Shown here: positions 25,301 through 37,379 of the stretch, in pieces
How the letters are laid out: each line of letters starts with the position of its first letter
Position numbering within the stretch: the first letter of the stretch is position 1
Assembly: GCA_030141605.1 (NCBI GenBank)
Contig: JAQGDQ010000509.1
Location: 62,001-126,000 of the forward strand
DNA from: Tubiluchus corallicola
Taxonomy: Eukaryota; Animalia; Priapulida
Reading direction: 5' to 3'
Length of the DNA: 64,000 nucleotides
Program-made: the position numbers and the translations under genes
The notes under the pieces: generated by a model
Seen by the model: only the letters and a program-made list of their open reading frames with translations
What the model was told of the DNA's origin: nothing
The model's database searches: none

Positions 25301-28300
25301 AAAGAATATTGTTCAATTAATCATTTGTGAATTAATGACTCACTCAAAATCAATCTTTATTAAGAACTTTTTGTTTGCATAATAAACATGTCCTGTACTC
25401 AGTTACATATATAAAAGACTGTAGACCAACTGCTCCATTAAACATGTTTTATGTCAAAAAAGGTCAAGCCATAACTGCAGATTTCTTGCTGGAATATACT
25501 TGAATAATTTTAATAAACAAGCAAATATCACCCTTCTTGCTGGAGAAAAAAAGCCATGTGTTTTATTGTCAGTTTCTATTATGACTATGTGCCAGTGCAT
25601 GGTGCATTTATTGTGATTTTACAATGAAGGTACAGCTTGCAAGCAGTCAAATTGTGATCACATGCATTCTTCTGTACAACACATGACATCTAACCAGTGT
25701 CTATGACTCAGCTAGACATATAGCAGCCTCGTATTGGCATTAGTTGAGAGACTTGAGCCTGCTGGTGGTATTTCGCTATTGAACACATATTAATTTGCCT
25801 GGTGGATGGCGGTATAGCGGTTTTTTTACATACAGTTGAATATAGCCGTTTCGTTCCTGGCCATTTTGCATGTGGTAAATGTGTTTGGTGGTATAAGAGT
25901 GGGGGGGGGGTATAATGAGGTCTGACTGTAAAAAACCATACTAATCTGCAAATTTATTTGACTAATGTAGTTCAAGCACAAAAATAAATTGCAATAATCA
26001 TTGTCATCGTCATTTTCACCACCATTACTGCTGGAAGTTTTCTGCCATTTAAATCTTTGTTACTTTGATTTTTTAACGTTGATCAAATACCTTTAAAAGA
26101 GATAAATAAAGACGTAAGACAACCGCCCAGTCAGCATCTCATCTTAGAGGATTGGTCTTGCTAATGAGTCAGATTCGAGTCTTACCATGATTGTTCACAT
26201 TAAATAAGCTCTACTGTTGACAGATCTAAACAATGACATAAAAAGTGGAGTTAATGTGCACTAGCAGATGTCCTTGTGGTTTTCCTTTTTTTGATGTATA
26301 AATGTCACAGAACACTAAGTGAATTTGGGAAAGAATATAACTATACACCTTTTTTCAGCCAAGTTGTTTTATCTAATTTAGACTTACAGGTTCATAAATA
26401 CTTCTGATACTAAATCCTAGCTTTAAAGGAATAATGAAACTAAAAACTAAAACTGAAAAACCAACAAAACAAGTAACCAATAAATGCAAAAAAACAACAC
26501 AGAAAACAGAACTTAACTAAGTGATACAACATTTGAAATTAAAATTATTATTCACTTGATGCTAGCAGTTTTGGAAAATGGGTCAAAGCACTCGTCTCGA
26601 GAAAGAATTCGATGATGGAACAGCCTATTCTCTGGATCCAGTATTCTAGCAACTGTGTGAGCATACAATCGTGCACCAAATGTACAAATATGCAACTCAT
26701 AAAGCTCGCTGACATTACGAAGAAAGGTTATGGCATTTGGCCGTATTCGAGTATGGTACCATAAATTCTGACTCCACAGAGTGAAATGGTATACATCCTA
26801 AAACAAGAAATTGCCTTGATCAAGTACAACACACCTAGAATCATATTCTACACATAAAAACTCATACGACATTAAAATTTTACTTTGTTCTTAAGTTAAA
26901 CAAAAAAATGACTGTACTGATGAACAAGGTGATAAAAAATGTCACAGGCTGGCTTTTCCTTTTCAAAAACTTACTGGGAATCCAAGACATGTAAGCTACA
27001 GTTTTCATAACTGTGCATTTCATAATGCAGACGGAATAATATTAAATGCTTGCCAAACCCTGCAAAAGCATTTTGCACATTAACCCAAAAGTTTATCGTG
27101 TTTTTCTTGTAGTATTAGGAGTATCACAAAGGCTCTAATTAAGACTTCAAAAAGATGGCAGCCAGTATGGTAAAATAATTGCTCATTTTAACCTAAAACC
27201 ATCAAACTCTGGACAGTGTTAGAAACTATTAAGGTGATTCATTTTGGTTATGGAATCAATTAAAAGTCGTCAAAACGGCTGCAATTTTCACGATGGCCAA
27301 CAATATGGCTGTTTCTAGCTTATAAGTTATTAGAACAAACAGTATGATGATTTCGGTTGATTAAAAATAGGTTTTCTAGGTCAAGAAATCTAGATCTAAT
27401 GCTTAATTGCCCCTATAACATCACTCTCTTTCGAGATGGCTGCCAGTGTTGTACAAAATGACAGAATTATTTGTTCTGTCCATGAAACTTTGCATGGTGC
27501 TAGAACTCCCAAAGGTAATTATGATTATGTACTCTTTCTGTAGTCAAAGAAAAGTCACCTAATACGGCCACAAATTTTAAAATGGCTAGCAAGATGGCTA
27601 TTGCTAGATTATAAAGCCCACATATTAGCTATAAGAGCAGATAGGATGTTAATTTCGATGTTTAAATATAGGTTTTCAAGCTCAATAAATCCATATTTGA
27701 TGCTAAAGTGTGCTCTTATAACATTGACTCATTTAGGATTTCAAGGTGGCTGCAAAGATGGCTGCAAATACTTGTGTTCTATGTAATGTATTGGCCATAT
27801 TGCAGGCTCGAATCCAGGTAGGATGATTTTTAGTGCCTAAATAAGTTTTAAAAATAACATTAATAAATAGGTTTTAATAACCTATCATTATTATTATTAC
27901 AAATAATAATAGATAAGTTTTTAATGATAACATTACTTCTAAACATTCACCACCACAAAATATTAAGAATAGTTAGGAAAATAAAAATTACCTTAATATT
28001 AGGTGCAACATTATCATTTGTGGTGTGAATAACAGTCTGATCAAGATCAACCACTAGTGCTAATTTGCGTGTTCGTAGCAAACGTGCCTCATCTTCTTTA
28101 CCAAGACACTGTGCTTCCTATTTAGTAACAAAGTACAATACGATTAACACATGCAAGTAATGTCAACTGTTCCTCATAAAAATTTCAATGAACTTAATTT
28201 AAGTTAAGCTTAGAAAGAAATATGATTTAAGACCAGAAATTTGGTTTAGTTAAATTTTACTGTATAGTTAAGCTGATTCATCCCTAACTAAAGACATATA

Positions 28301-31300
28301 GTGATGTAGGAAATGCACTGTAACGGCTTGGTTTCAAGTTGCATATAACTTTAACAGTAGGAAATCTTAGCTTTTGCGTGGGTGGTGTGCTGCTCCATGA
28401 AAAACACTTAAAACATTTCTTTAAATAATGTATTGGATACAATATAACAGATTCATAATTATGTGTGTACGCTATTTTTCAGTTTGCCCTTCATACAGAC
28501 TACAAAACACAAAACACCAAGAAACTATATTAACTATGTAACATGAAAAAGTTTCATGAACTATAAAATTTTATTTAAATGTTTAAGGCAAAACAATGAA
28601 TCATCATGGTCTGAATACCTGCCATTAGTTTAGCTGGGCAAATTATTACTGGTGTAATAACCATACAATGATCTGGTTTAAGTAGTGGGCTTCATTTATA
28701 GAGTGCAAGCGAGCATAGTAAATAAGATTTAGTGCTCAAATTAAGGTTAAAAAATCAGATTAGAAACGACACATGCAATGTAAAGTGAAAAGTAAAAAAA
28801 TTAGTGTCGTTAAAATGAAACATCGCTGAGCGAGGCATTGTTAAGGCAAAAACCTAACCCAATCTTAAACTGCAGGTCAAAACAATCTACTCCTTAAAAT
28901 ATTGAAAGGCAACAAACTATTTTTTCAAAGATGACTTATTTGAAAGAATTATTACCACACAACGCAATTTCGCGTTCGCGCCACTAGTTCTTCACTGCTG
29001 CATGCATTTCACCATTCACCAACTAATTAGATGGGCACTAGCACCTGCATTTTGGAAACGCATTACTCAAAAACAGGTGTTGTACCGCTCAGTTCAAATG
29101 TGTTAGTTTCTGATGAACTACGCACGTTCGACAGCTCATGCATCAACACAGCGGTAAATTTGAAATTTGAATTTTTATCTTAGAACATGCCTAGTTCTGG
29201 TACAACACACAGAAATGTCTTATAGCACTGTGTGTACTTCAATTTTCGCTTTCACAAACACGTGCAATACACTCGTGAAATATTTTTTGCTGCTGAAAAC
29301 TATGTCAGTTTGCGACGTCGTCAATAGTTGGGCTCGCTCACCGTTAATTACGTTTTTAATCTATTATTTAATTATCGGAAACTCTTTTGCAGTACTAATT
29401 GTGTTAAAATGTGTATTTTTTATCATGCTTGAAAATGGGGCAGTATATAAAAAAACATCCTGTGTCCCAAGGACTTACTGTACTAGAGTTTGTTTACAAC
29501 ATTCTTCACGCCACTAATGTGCATCATGAATCATCTACTATTATAGCCTTTATAGCCCTTTACTGACAAATGTGGCTACTATTATTAAACAACCACCACT
29601 GTTACTTGCAAGTGGCCAGAAACTTGAACTATAAGTGCCTTGTACACTTCCTTGTGTTCAATCGTAAGTATAAACAGCAAGTTTATCACAAGAAACTTTC
29701 TGTATGCTCAAGAGGGAAGTCAGATTAGTAAATTAGTATGATACCGGTCACGGGTGGGCACTACTGTTTACTGGTTACGGATTGCCAATTAGCATTACAG
29801 GTTGCGAGCCACAAATTCGCAAACTAGATTGTAGATTTTAAAAGCCTCACTATATATTAAGCCGAATAAACATGAAAACCGTTAAAACTGGACTAAAGAA
29901 GCGACATGGGGAAAAAGTAAAATATATCTGCTTACTGCATTACACAACAAATGCAAAATTTATGCGTCCCTGTATATCTACTCATTACGTCTTATGGGCT
30001 AGAATACCTAAATTATTTTTTTGGTACTCAAATGCAGATCTGGCTTACAAATGATAATTACAATTATAATTTAGGATAAATGCCAAGTGGTTAATTCAAG
30101 TTACTAACCTCTTCGCTAACAACAAGTTCCGGCACACTATGCACCATGGCGATAGATGCTGTGGACAGTTTTTCTGTACCCAAATGCCTGGAAAAGCAAT
30201 TCTGTCTTCAAGCTTAAAAAACTAAATATTTCTTCAGCTAAGGACTAACTTACAAATTTTTTTAATACACACCAATAAGTAAGTAATAATTTATTAATTC
30301 CATAAGTTAAAACTATTACATAGCATTACACATAAAATTTACACACATTTTTATAAAAATACACTCTGCATACATATAAAGCAATAAAATACTCAAGAAA
30401 AGGAGCAGGCAGATGAAGAAAAACATATATTTCTTCACCTTTTAGTTATCATTATTTTATCCCCAAAACTAATTTTTGGCATCACAATCTACAATTATAG
30501 GTTATACTTTACATTACACATTACATGCCACATCTAATATCAAAAATTTAGAATGTTGTGATCAACGCTGTTAATGACCAACTTGTCAAAATTGACACCT
30601 GGCTAAAGGCAAACAAATTAACACTCAATTATCAAAAAACTAAGTTTATTCTCTTTACCAATCACAGAACAAATAATGCTGTAAATAATCTCGGAATTAA
30701 ACTTAACAATATTAACATAGATCGATCAAATGAAATATTCAGGAATCCACATTGATGACAAGAACTCAAACATTCAACACTTAACATATAAAATAAGTAA
30801 AATTGCTGGCATATTCTTTAAACTTAGACACTACTTAGATGTTCCAACACTCAAATTAGTATGCTATCGTCTAGTACTCCCTTATTTAGAGTATGGAATA
30901 CTTACATGGGGATCTGCCAAAAAACTACAATGCAAAATCTTACTGTTTATCAAAATAAAATTGTCAACGCTATTTGCTTTGCTGGTCTCAGAGAGCATGA
31001 AACTCCCTACTATAATCAATTGAAAATTTTAAAAATAACAGATATATATATATATATATATAAGCTAGAATTAGCCAAATTTGTTTTCAAATTTAAAAAT
31101 AATATGCTACCTCAACTGTTTAACGGATACATGAGCAAACCTTATGCTTTACACAATTACCAAACTTGTTTTGCCTCAAATAATAGTATGAGTTTAGCAA
31201 GATATAATACAAACAAAAAGTCCAGTACTCTCTTAAATATCATGCCCATTACCCAATAACAGTCTGTTAAGTATCAGTTATACAAAAGCTGTATAAACTG

Positions 31301-33878
31301 CTAGCCCAGCTTAGCTATTTTCTATAGTCTAAATCTGAAGTTAAAAAATTATAACAAATCAATAATTTGCTCCAGGTAATAAATATATAACTCAAGTAAC
31401 GATATTATTATTTTCATTATTCGTTACGTACAATTTGTCTAGCTATGATTACTGAAGTTTGCATTTTGGCAACTGTAAGAAAAATGGTAAAAATGATTAC
31501 ACAGTGATATTCGTTTTGAGGGTTGATTGAGTGTATGCATATTTATCTTAGTGCGCAAGTTACTACTTACTGTCGCAGATCTGCACCACATTCTGCACAC
31601 ATATCCTTGATTACTGTAGGATGGGTGCATGGAACTTGTGACCTGACAATATGTAAAATGTAAAAAATAAACATTTTACACTGACAAAACATTAAAATTT
31701 AACTAGTTCATCATATATAGTGTCTCTTATGATTATACAGTCCTAACATTGCTTGTAATGATGCTGTTTACATAGACATTAGAGTATTAACAAGTTATCA
31801 GGTATAACAAAAATCTCTGCATAATTAAATGTCTACTGTAGTTTGTAGGCCTACTTGTAGCTACTACCTAGTACTAGTTAATGAAACATTCAAGATTTTG
31901 TCTTTGCTCTTCAGCTGCTTCATGCATTTGACATATTTTGAGTTATTACTGACATGTTTCTACATTACTGACATGGTGTTGTCGTCTGTACACTTCAAAT
32001 TTGCGATATACTATTAATAAACAAAACACAGAGATAATAATATGACTATGTAATATGATAGGCTACGTCCACTGAAACAACTAAAGCAGCACATGCGCAA
32101 CGAGACTCATGCTTTGCTCTATCCCATAAACATAGTATCAACCTATTTATGGGGGTATGAAAGCAGCGTTAGTTCGCTCCCATGTTAAACAAAATGAAAA
32201 TCAACTGTTTTAGCTGAGAAAATCTTTTTCTTGTAAAGTTACCGGATTCTTTTTCCAGTTTTATTCACTATAAAAATGCGTTTGTATTATCAAATCAATA
32301 CGTGCCTTCTCACAGTCTAGCACAATCTTTTACGTACTGAACAGAGGCAAAACATTCTGTTTTAGCAATAATTTTTATGTGTTTTGTAAATAAATGTAGA
32401 TGGTACTATGTATACTGAGTCAAAATAAAATCTAAAAACAAATTAATAAAACCTAACTATTCTATTAGAAAATTCGAAAAAACACACAATTGTTAGACTA
32501 TAATTTTTTTCGAAATACTAAAGTCCTTTATAAGTACTCGAATCAGCACTCTATTCACACTTTCAATGAGTGTTGCCAGTGGAAACTAATGCTAAAATGG
32601 CACAGTTAAGAAACTTATACCAACATACACGAATAGACGAATGTAAAGTTAACATAAGACTAGTTTTGATTTTTTAACATCGCAGCCAGTTAAAGTTTTG
32701 CAGCCAACATACCCTAATGGATTACAACTGGGCCCAATTAAGACTGGCACACATTATGGCCTAGACTGTTTTGCCCACCTACAAGGGATCTCCTGCAGCT
32801 AGCCCACCAAAGAACAGCTACATGGATCCAAATGTAAATCTAAGTACAACATGGATTAACACGGGCTTGTTCATCTGTAAGGTAGGTCCCATTTTGGGCC
32901 TCGTAAGTGATGGCTTTACCTAGTTACAATACAAGTCAAAGTGGATTTATACAGTTAAACTGGGACCCGCCACATGCATAATGTGATAAACCAAATCGTG
33001 AAGTTTCAACCAACGAGTTTCAAGCAAGTACCCTAAAACTTATGTAATCCATTGCATTATTAAATGTTCAAGCACTAACAATGCTAATTAGTGAGATAAA
33101 ACTGTTACAATGGGAAGACGCATATGTATTCAATTGACAATATAAACATATTCATATCAGAAAAAATTAAAAGTTCTGCATAATATAAGAAAAAAGGTTT
33201 TTTAATCTAATCCAGTTGTTTTTCGTATGCAAACGGGGGATAAACACTTCTTTCATACCAAAAATAGGCAGACACTGTTTACGCTATAAAAATAAAGCAT
33301 GAGTCGCTAACCGTATTATGACGGAGTGTTGCGCGCATTCACTGCGTGTCCTTTCTAGGGATTATGTAATATAGATATATATGAGGATATTCAATTTCAC
33401 TCAATCCGCGGATCTAGTGGATGCGGATATTTACAATTGTGGATTTTGAGGTTGCGGATAAACAAAAAAGTGATGCCTCTCTCTGACGGCGAACCGTATT
33501 TCTCGTCAATGTCTCTCGCGGTATGGCAAACCGCATTTTCTCGTTAATATCGTTCGCCGTACCGATCGATCCGCATTTTCTAGTGAATGCTTTCGAGATA
33601 CGGATCCGTATTTTTAGTTATTGCAGTTACAGATACGGATCCGTACCTTTAATCACTGCCTAAATTAATATATGCCTGGAGTACGGTAAAACATCTATTT
33701 TATCTTATCTGTTGTTGACAATTAAAAGTGATTACCAAAAAAGCAAAAATCAATAAAAAATTCAATGAAAGCTACGCACATTACCGAAGTAAAGGACTTA
33801 CTTGACAGATGCAACCAACTGTTTAGAGAAACGTCTTTTTCTATTCACTTCACCAACCCGCCTTTCTTGGCTAGCCAT
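22338..33878 (-). CDS. CTDP1: RNA polymerase II CTD phosphatase FCP1/CTDP1
   Basis: Exons (minus): 33878-33802 (inferred first exon), 31642-31571 (CTHPTVIKDMCAECGADL), 30187-30109 (MVHSVPELVVS), 28117-27992 (KLALVVDLDQTVIHTT, the DxDxT catalytic motif), 26797-26556 (YELHICTFGARLYAH...RILSRDEC), 25024-24884 (LFPCGDCMVCIIDDREDVW), 24099-22338 (DEDDYLFYLEDIL, BRCT domain, acidic tail ending MAAAVEKEFLGY). All junction phases are compatible. Confidence 0.94.
24348..24483 (+). mobile_element. LINE relic, APE endonuclease fragment
   Basis: Translates AFIEKLTTK*SNKQLFLLGDFNVNLLNYSLHQDTANFLDTINTNY (GDFN motif). Confidence 0.7.
25137..25928. mobile_element. Tigger/pogo-like MITE
   Basis: TA|cagtcaaacctctttatacc ... 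ggtataatgaggtctgactg|TA imperfect TIRs, with subterminal gttata/ggtata repeats. Confidence 0.8.
27150..27850. repeat. Degenerate tandem duplication (about 280-310-bp units) rich in AAGATGGC motifs; probable TE relic
   Basis: Units begin near 27152, 27433 and 27743 and share gatggc-gccag, ccat-aaact-tg and aaa-ataggttttc-ag-tcaa-aaatc blocks. Confidence 0.65.
29001..29185. repeat. Dispersed repeat, copy B (homologous to 6655-6850)
   Basis: catgcatttcaccatt...ctaattagatgggcactagcacctgcatttt...aaatttgaatttt matches copy A. Confidence 0.75.
30540..31259 (+). mobile_element. Frameshifted CR1/L2-group LINE relic (RT C-terminal region) in a CTDP1 intron
   Basis: Three overlapping ORFs give IDTWLKANKLTLNYQKTKFILF, KYSGIHIDDK, KISKIAGIFFKLRHYL...LPYLEYGILTWGSA and LKILKITDIY...ELAKFVFK. 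Confidence 0.9.
33356..33658. mobile_element. CpG-rich MITE-like element with repeated ccgcattttct/gatccg motifs
   Basis: Several spaced ccg(c/t)attt(t)ct and gatacggatccgta motifs. Ends tagggatt / aatcactg loosely resemble hAT termini. No TSD found. Confidence 0.45.
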
Positions 33879-34468
33879 GTTGAGAATTTTTGTTCAAATC
33901 ACTAAAGCAGTAGCGCACCAATCTTTATTCATCAAATTTCAGTATCGTTTTGTTGCCGCGCAAGAGTCGTTGTACCGTCCCTTTGGCCACTGTCAAAGAC
34001 AAGCAAAATAAATGGCATTGCTGGTTAGACTGTTAATTTCTGATTAGATGAAATGAAGGAAATTATGATTATAAGGCTTAATACAGAAAGCAAATTTTAA
34101 AAGCTTGTATAAGAATGATTTTAAGTGTCTGTTGTGTTATAGAGAAGAGGATACTACGAAACACGTATTTTGAATATCAAGAAATACGCGTCAATAAAAT
34201 GGGGCCTATCAGTGCAAGACATAAACAGTTCAAATATAGATAAGCTAAGAAAATTTATAAAGTATATCACTAAAGTGTTGCAGTTAAAATTGTAATGAAA
34301 GATGAGGAAAGTGTAATTCAATTCGGTTTAACTGCTCAAATACGAGAAGAGTAAACACATTGGCAAAATGAACCATGACGTATAACTATTACACAAAGTA
34401 CTTCAGTAAGTAAACGCATTGTATACATGCAAAAAAGTTTAATTAATAATAACTCAGCATAATAACTA

Positions 34469-34885
34469 GGAGGTGAACATCGAGCGTTCGATTTCAAATG
34501 TTCGAAATCAAATTCGAACGAGTTTTTCAATTCGAATTCGATTCGAACCGAAAATTATAGATTCTAATAATTCAGCATTTCTTTTGCCATTAATGTTCTT
34601 TTGTCATTAAGGCGTTTTAAACATCAAGCAATTAGCATAATTTAGTAGCGATTTCTGTGCACAATTTTTAAATTAATTATTATTATAGTGGTTTTATTGC
34701 AGGACAAAATCGAGCAATAGGGCATATGCATGATCTTTATTGATAAGGGTTCGAGTCTGAACCTTTAAAACTGATTTCGAACTTTACTCGAGTCCCAAAT
34801 CTTGAAATTCGGTTTGATTCGAGTTTATAAGTCACAAATTCGACTCAGTTCGAATTCGCTTTTTGGTAGAGAATGCTCACCCTCC
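34469..34885. mobile_element. MITE with TTCGA-rich subterminal arrays (hAT-like)
   Basis: Termini ggaggtgaacat / atgctcaccctcc, with clusters of ttcga/tcgaa/tcgag at both ends. Confidence 0.65.
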
Positions 34886-36067
34886 CCAATTAATATCAAG
34901 CAAAACGTCAATCATCACCAGTCAAGCTCTGTTGACTGTCCAATCAGCGTGCGTATTTTTAACACACCTGTACAATTAACCTAGATGTTCCTGTTCTTTT
35001 GGGCCATTAGCCGCATGCTGTGTATTGCCAGCATTATGTCATATTGTTGTGAAAAATGCTGAACCTGTCATTAGACACCTGCCTGATTAAATGTTATTAT
35101 TACAGACAGTCTGCATTGCCAATTGAAATTGCAAGTGAATTAGTGGAAATATTGTCTAATTTTGTTTTTATAGGAGGAAATGCATAAGATTTACGTTTAA
35201 GAGTTGCTGATTAAACCGTTTTGCTATCAACAAAATACTCAGTTTAGTATAATTTGACTTTGCAAAATAAATAAAAAACAATCATTTGACTAACTCTAAA
35301 AAAAGACAAATTTATCTAACGAGGTTAAGCCGGTCATATGACGCTACTTTAATATTGGTAAATGCCTACCTGAACGTAAAGAGGTGAGATGAATTTTTAA
35401 CTTAAGATTGAAGTCGGACTTAGTAGGTATAAACGGTTCAAGGTTAACCTGTATGTAAAAATTAGACGGGGAACCTACCAGTTAGTAATAGTTGAGCCTT
35501 AGCGGTAGAACTGAACTCACCCACGGAAATCTGTGACAACTGTCATGATTATGCGGTAAGCGAGCTCATTCATAGAAATCCCCCGTTTAGGCATTTTTTC
35601 AGAAATTCTCAGGCAAAATGTTTTCTTTTGTTTTTTTTATAAATCTCAGTAAGATCTTCACCGTCCAAATTATTTCAAATGTGATAAAAATTTATATGCA
35701 CCAACGTAATCTTAGTTAATTTTATGCTATTTGTCTGGTTGTAATCATGGTTTAAAGATGCCATTACGATTTATGTAACTCGGGTAGCCAACAAAAGGAT
35801 CGTCTACGAAATGGAACAATAAAATTTATTCCATTTCGGTAGTGTAACAAACAGTTGGGAAAATACAAAAAGTAGATAAAGTTTACAGGCAACCACACGA
35901 TCAGTTAAATGAAGAACAAATACGTAGCAGGTATGATATGTTCGTAAATTCAAAGACAAGAAAAGACATTCGTAAATATTTTTTGTTTCCACTTTGCCTA
36001 TTTAGATACAGAACGTTTAGACAATGGACGCAATACAATTGGGCACAGTGGAAGTATAGGTACAGGG

Positions 36068-36598
36068 TAGTGGCGGCTCGTGTATAGGTATCGTGGAACT
36101 GCAACACCCCCTGTTTTCATTCAATATTATTGATAATATTCATTATAATAAGTCTTTTTTAGTTCTTTATACATGTCCGGAAGCTGAGCACGTGAGGGTA
36201 GTACTGTTTGCGTCACAGCCCAACACAGTGGTGTTTGGCTGTTGTGCGCATGCGTACATGTATGAGATAAAACTGTACGCTGCACTGCTAGCGTTTGCTA
36301 CCAGGTAGAGATAGTAGTGTTGCTCGCACAGTTTGTTGTCAGTTGTCATATGTTTAAAAAACACTTATCGGCATATTCTTGAACTGCGGCAATTTAGGCT
36401 ATTCGTAAGCAAATTTTTTTTTGTTTAGGATTTTATCAAGTTTATGTATAAATTTACATATGTTTGTTTGTTTAAGATTACACCTACAAATTACAACATT
36501 AAAATTATGTGTTTGTTTCGTTTTACACAGTATTAAAACAATGGCTAAAAATTTTCTGGTGCAGCACCCCGAATAATTTTAACTATGAGCCGACACTG
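36068..36598. mobile_element. hAT-type MITE
   Basis: TIRs tagtggcggctc / gagccgacactg, with an exact 8-bp TSD gtacaggg at 36060-36067 and 36599-36606. Confidence 0.9.
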
Positions 36599-36734
36599 GT
36601 ACAGGGCATAATGGCATAGGGCAAAGATGTACTAGATATTCCTATAACGTGTTTGCATTAATCATTTTAGTGAACTTTATAAGTTAATGTACACTGCAAA
36701 GAACTGAATATTAGTTGCCAATAAATTAATAAAC

Positions 36735-36897
36735 TCCTCTGCTCCATTACTCTGTGCTGTTCTACTATGGTCTGTTTTTTCTAACCTATTCTATCTTGTC
36801 CTGTTCCACGTAGTTCCCTGTTCTGTTTTGTTCCATTCCGTTCCGTTCCGTTAATCTTTTCATACTCTGTTCTATTCGATAGTATTCTATTTTCGGT
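36735..36897. repeat. Degenerate pentanucleotide array (TTCTR/TTCCG)n
   Basis: ctgttctgttttgttccattccgttccgttccgtt ... tctgttctattcg...attctatt. Confidence 0.7.
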
Positions 36898-37379
36898 TTA
36901 ATGTCATAAAATTATATTTTAAAATTATTATAAAACTTTTCTTCTAGCAAAGTTTTGGCCACATTTTCAAATATTTGCCATTTAGAAGATCTTTGGTTTA
37001 TATTAGTATCATTACGTAACGTAAACTGCCCAAATGTATATATATATATTAATTCTTTATTTGTCATAAAAACGGTTCCCTCATTATAATAAAATTGAGT
37101 TAGCCTCAGCGTAATGTTAAAATAACAACACTGTTCAAGACAAATGCGTCCAGTGCATACTAAAAAAACTAAAGTGCAAACTATATACAATATAATGAAC
37201 ATATTTACAAATACCATATTAAAATATTTTCACAGACAATTATAGGAAAGTACATTAAATTTTACATTACATAGTGCACACTATTTATACATTTAACATT
37301 AAGAAACACGAAACTAACATAACACGTATTACATTACATAATTTTTTTAAAAAATTTCATTTTTAATCATTATATGGAG

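Noticed and set aside
26120-26200. tRNA-like gattcgagtc motif
   Set aside because: No cloverleaf or clear A box; at most a decayed SINE.
32686-32963. Possible MITE with ccagtt...aactggg ends
   Set aside because: The terminal match is too short and no TSD was found.
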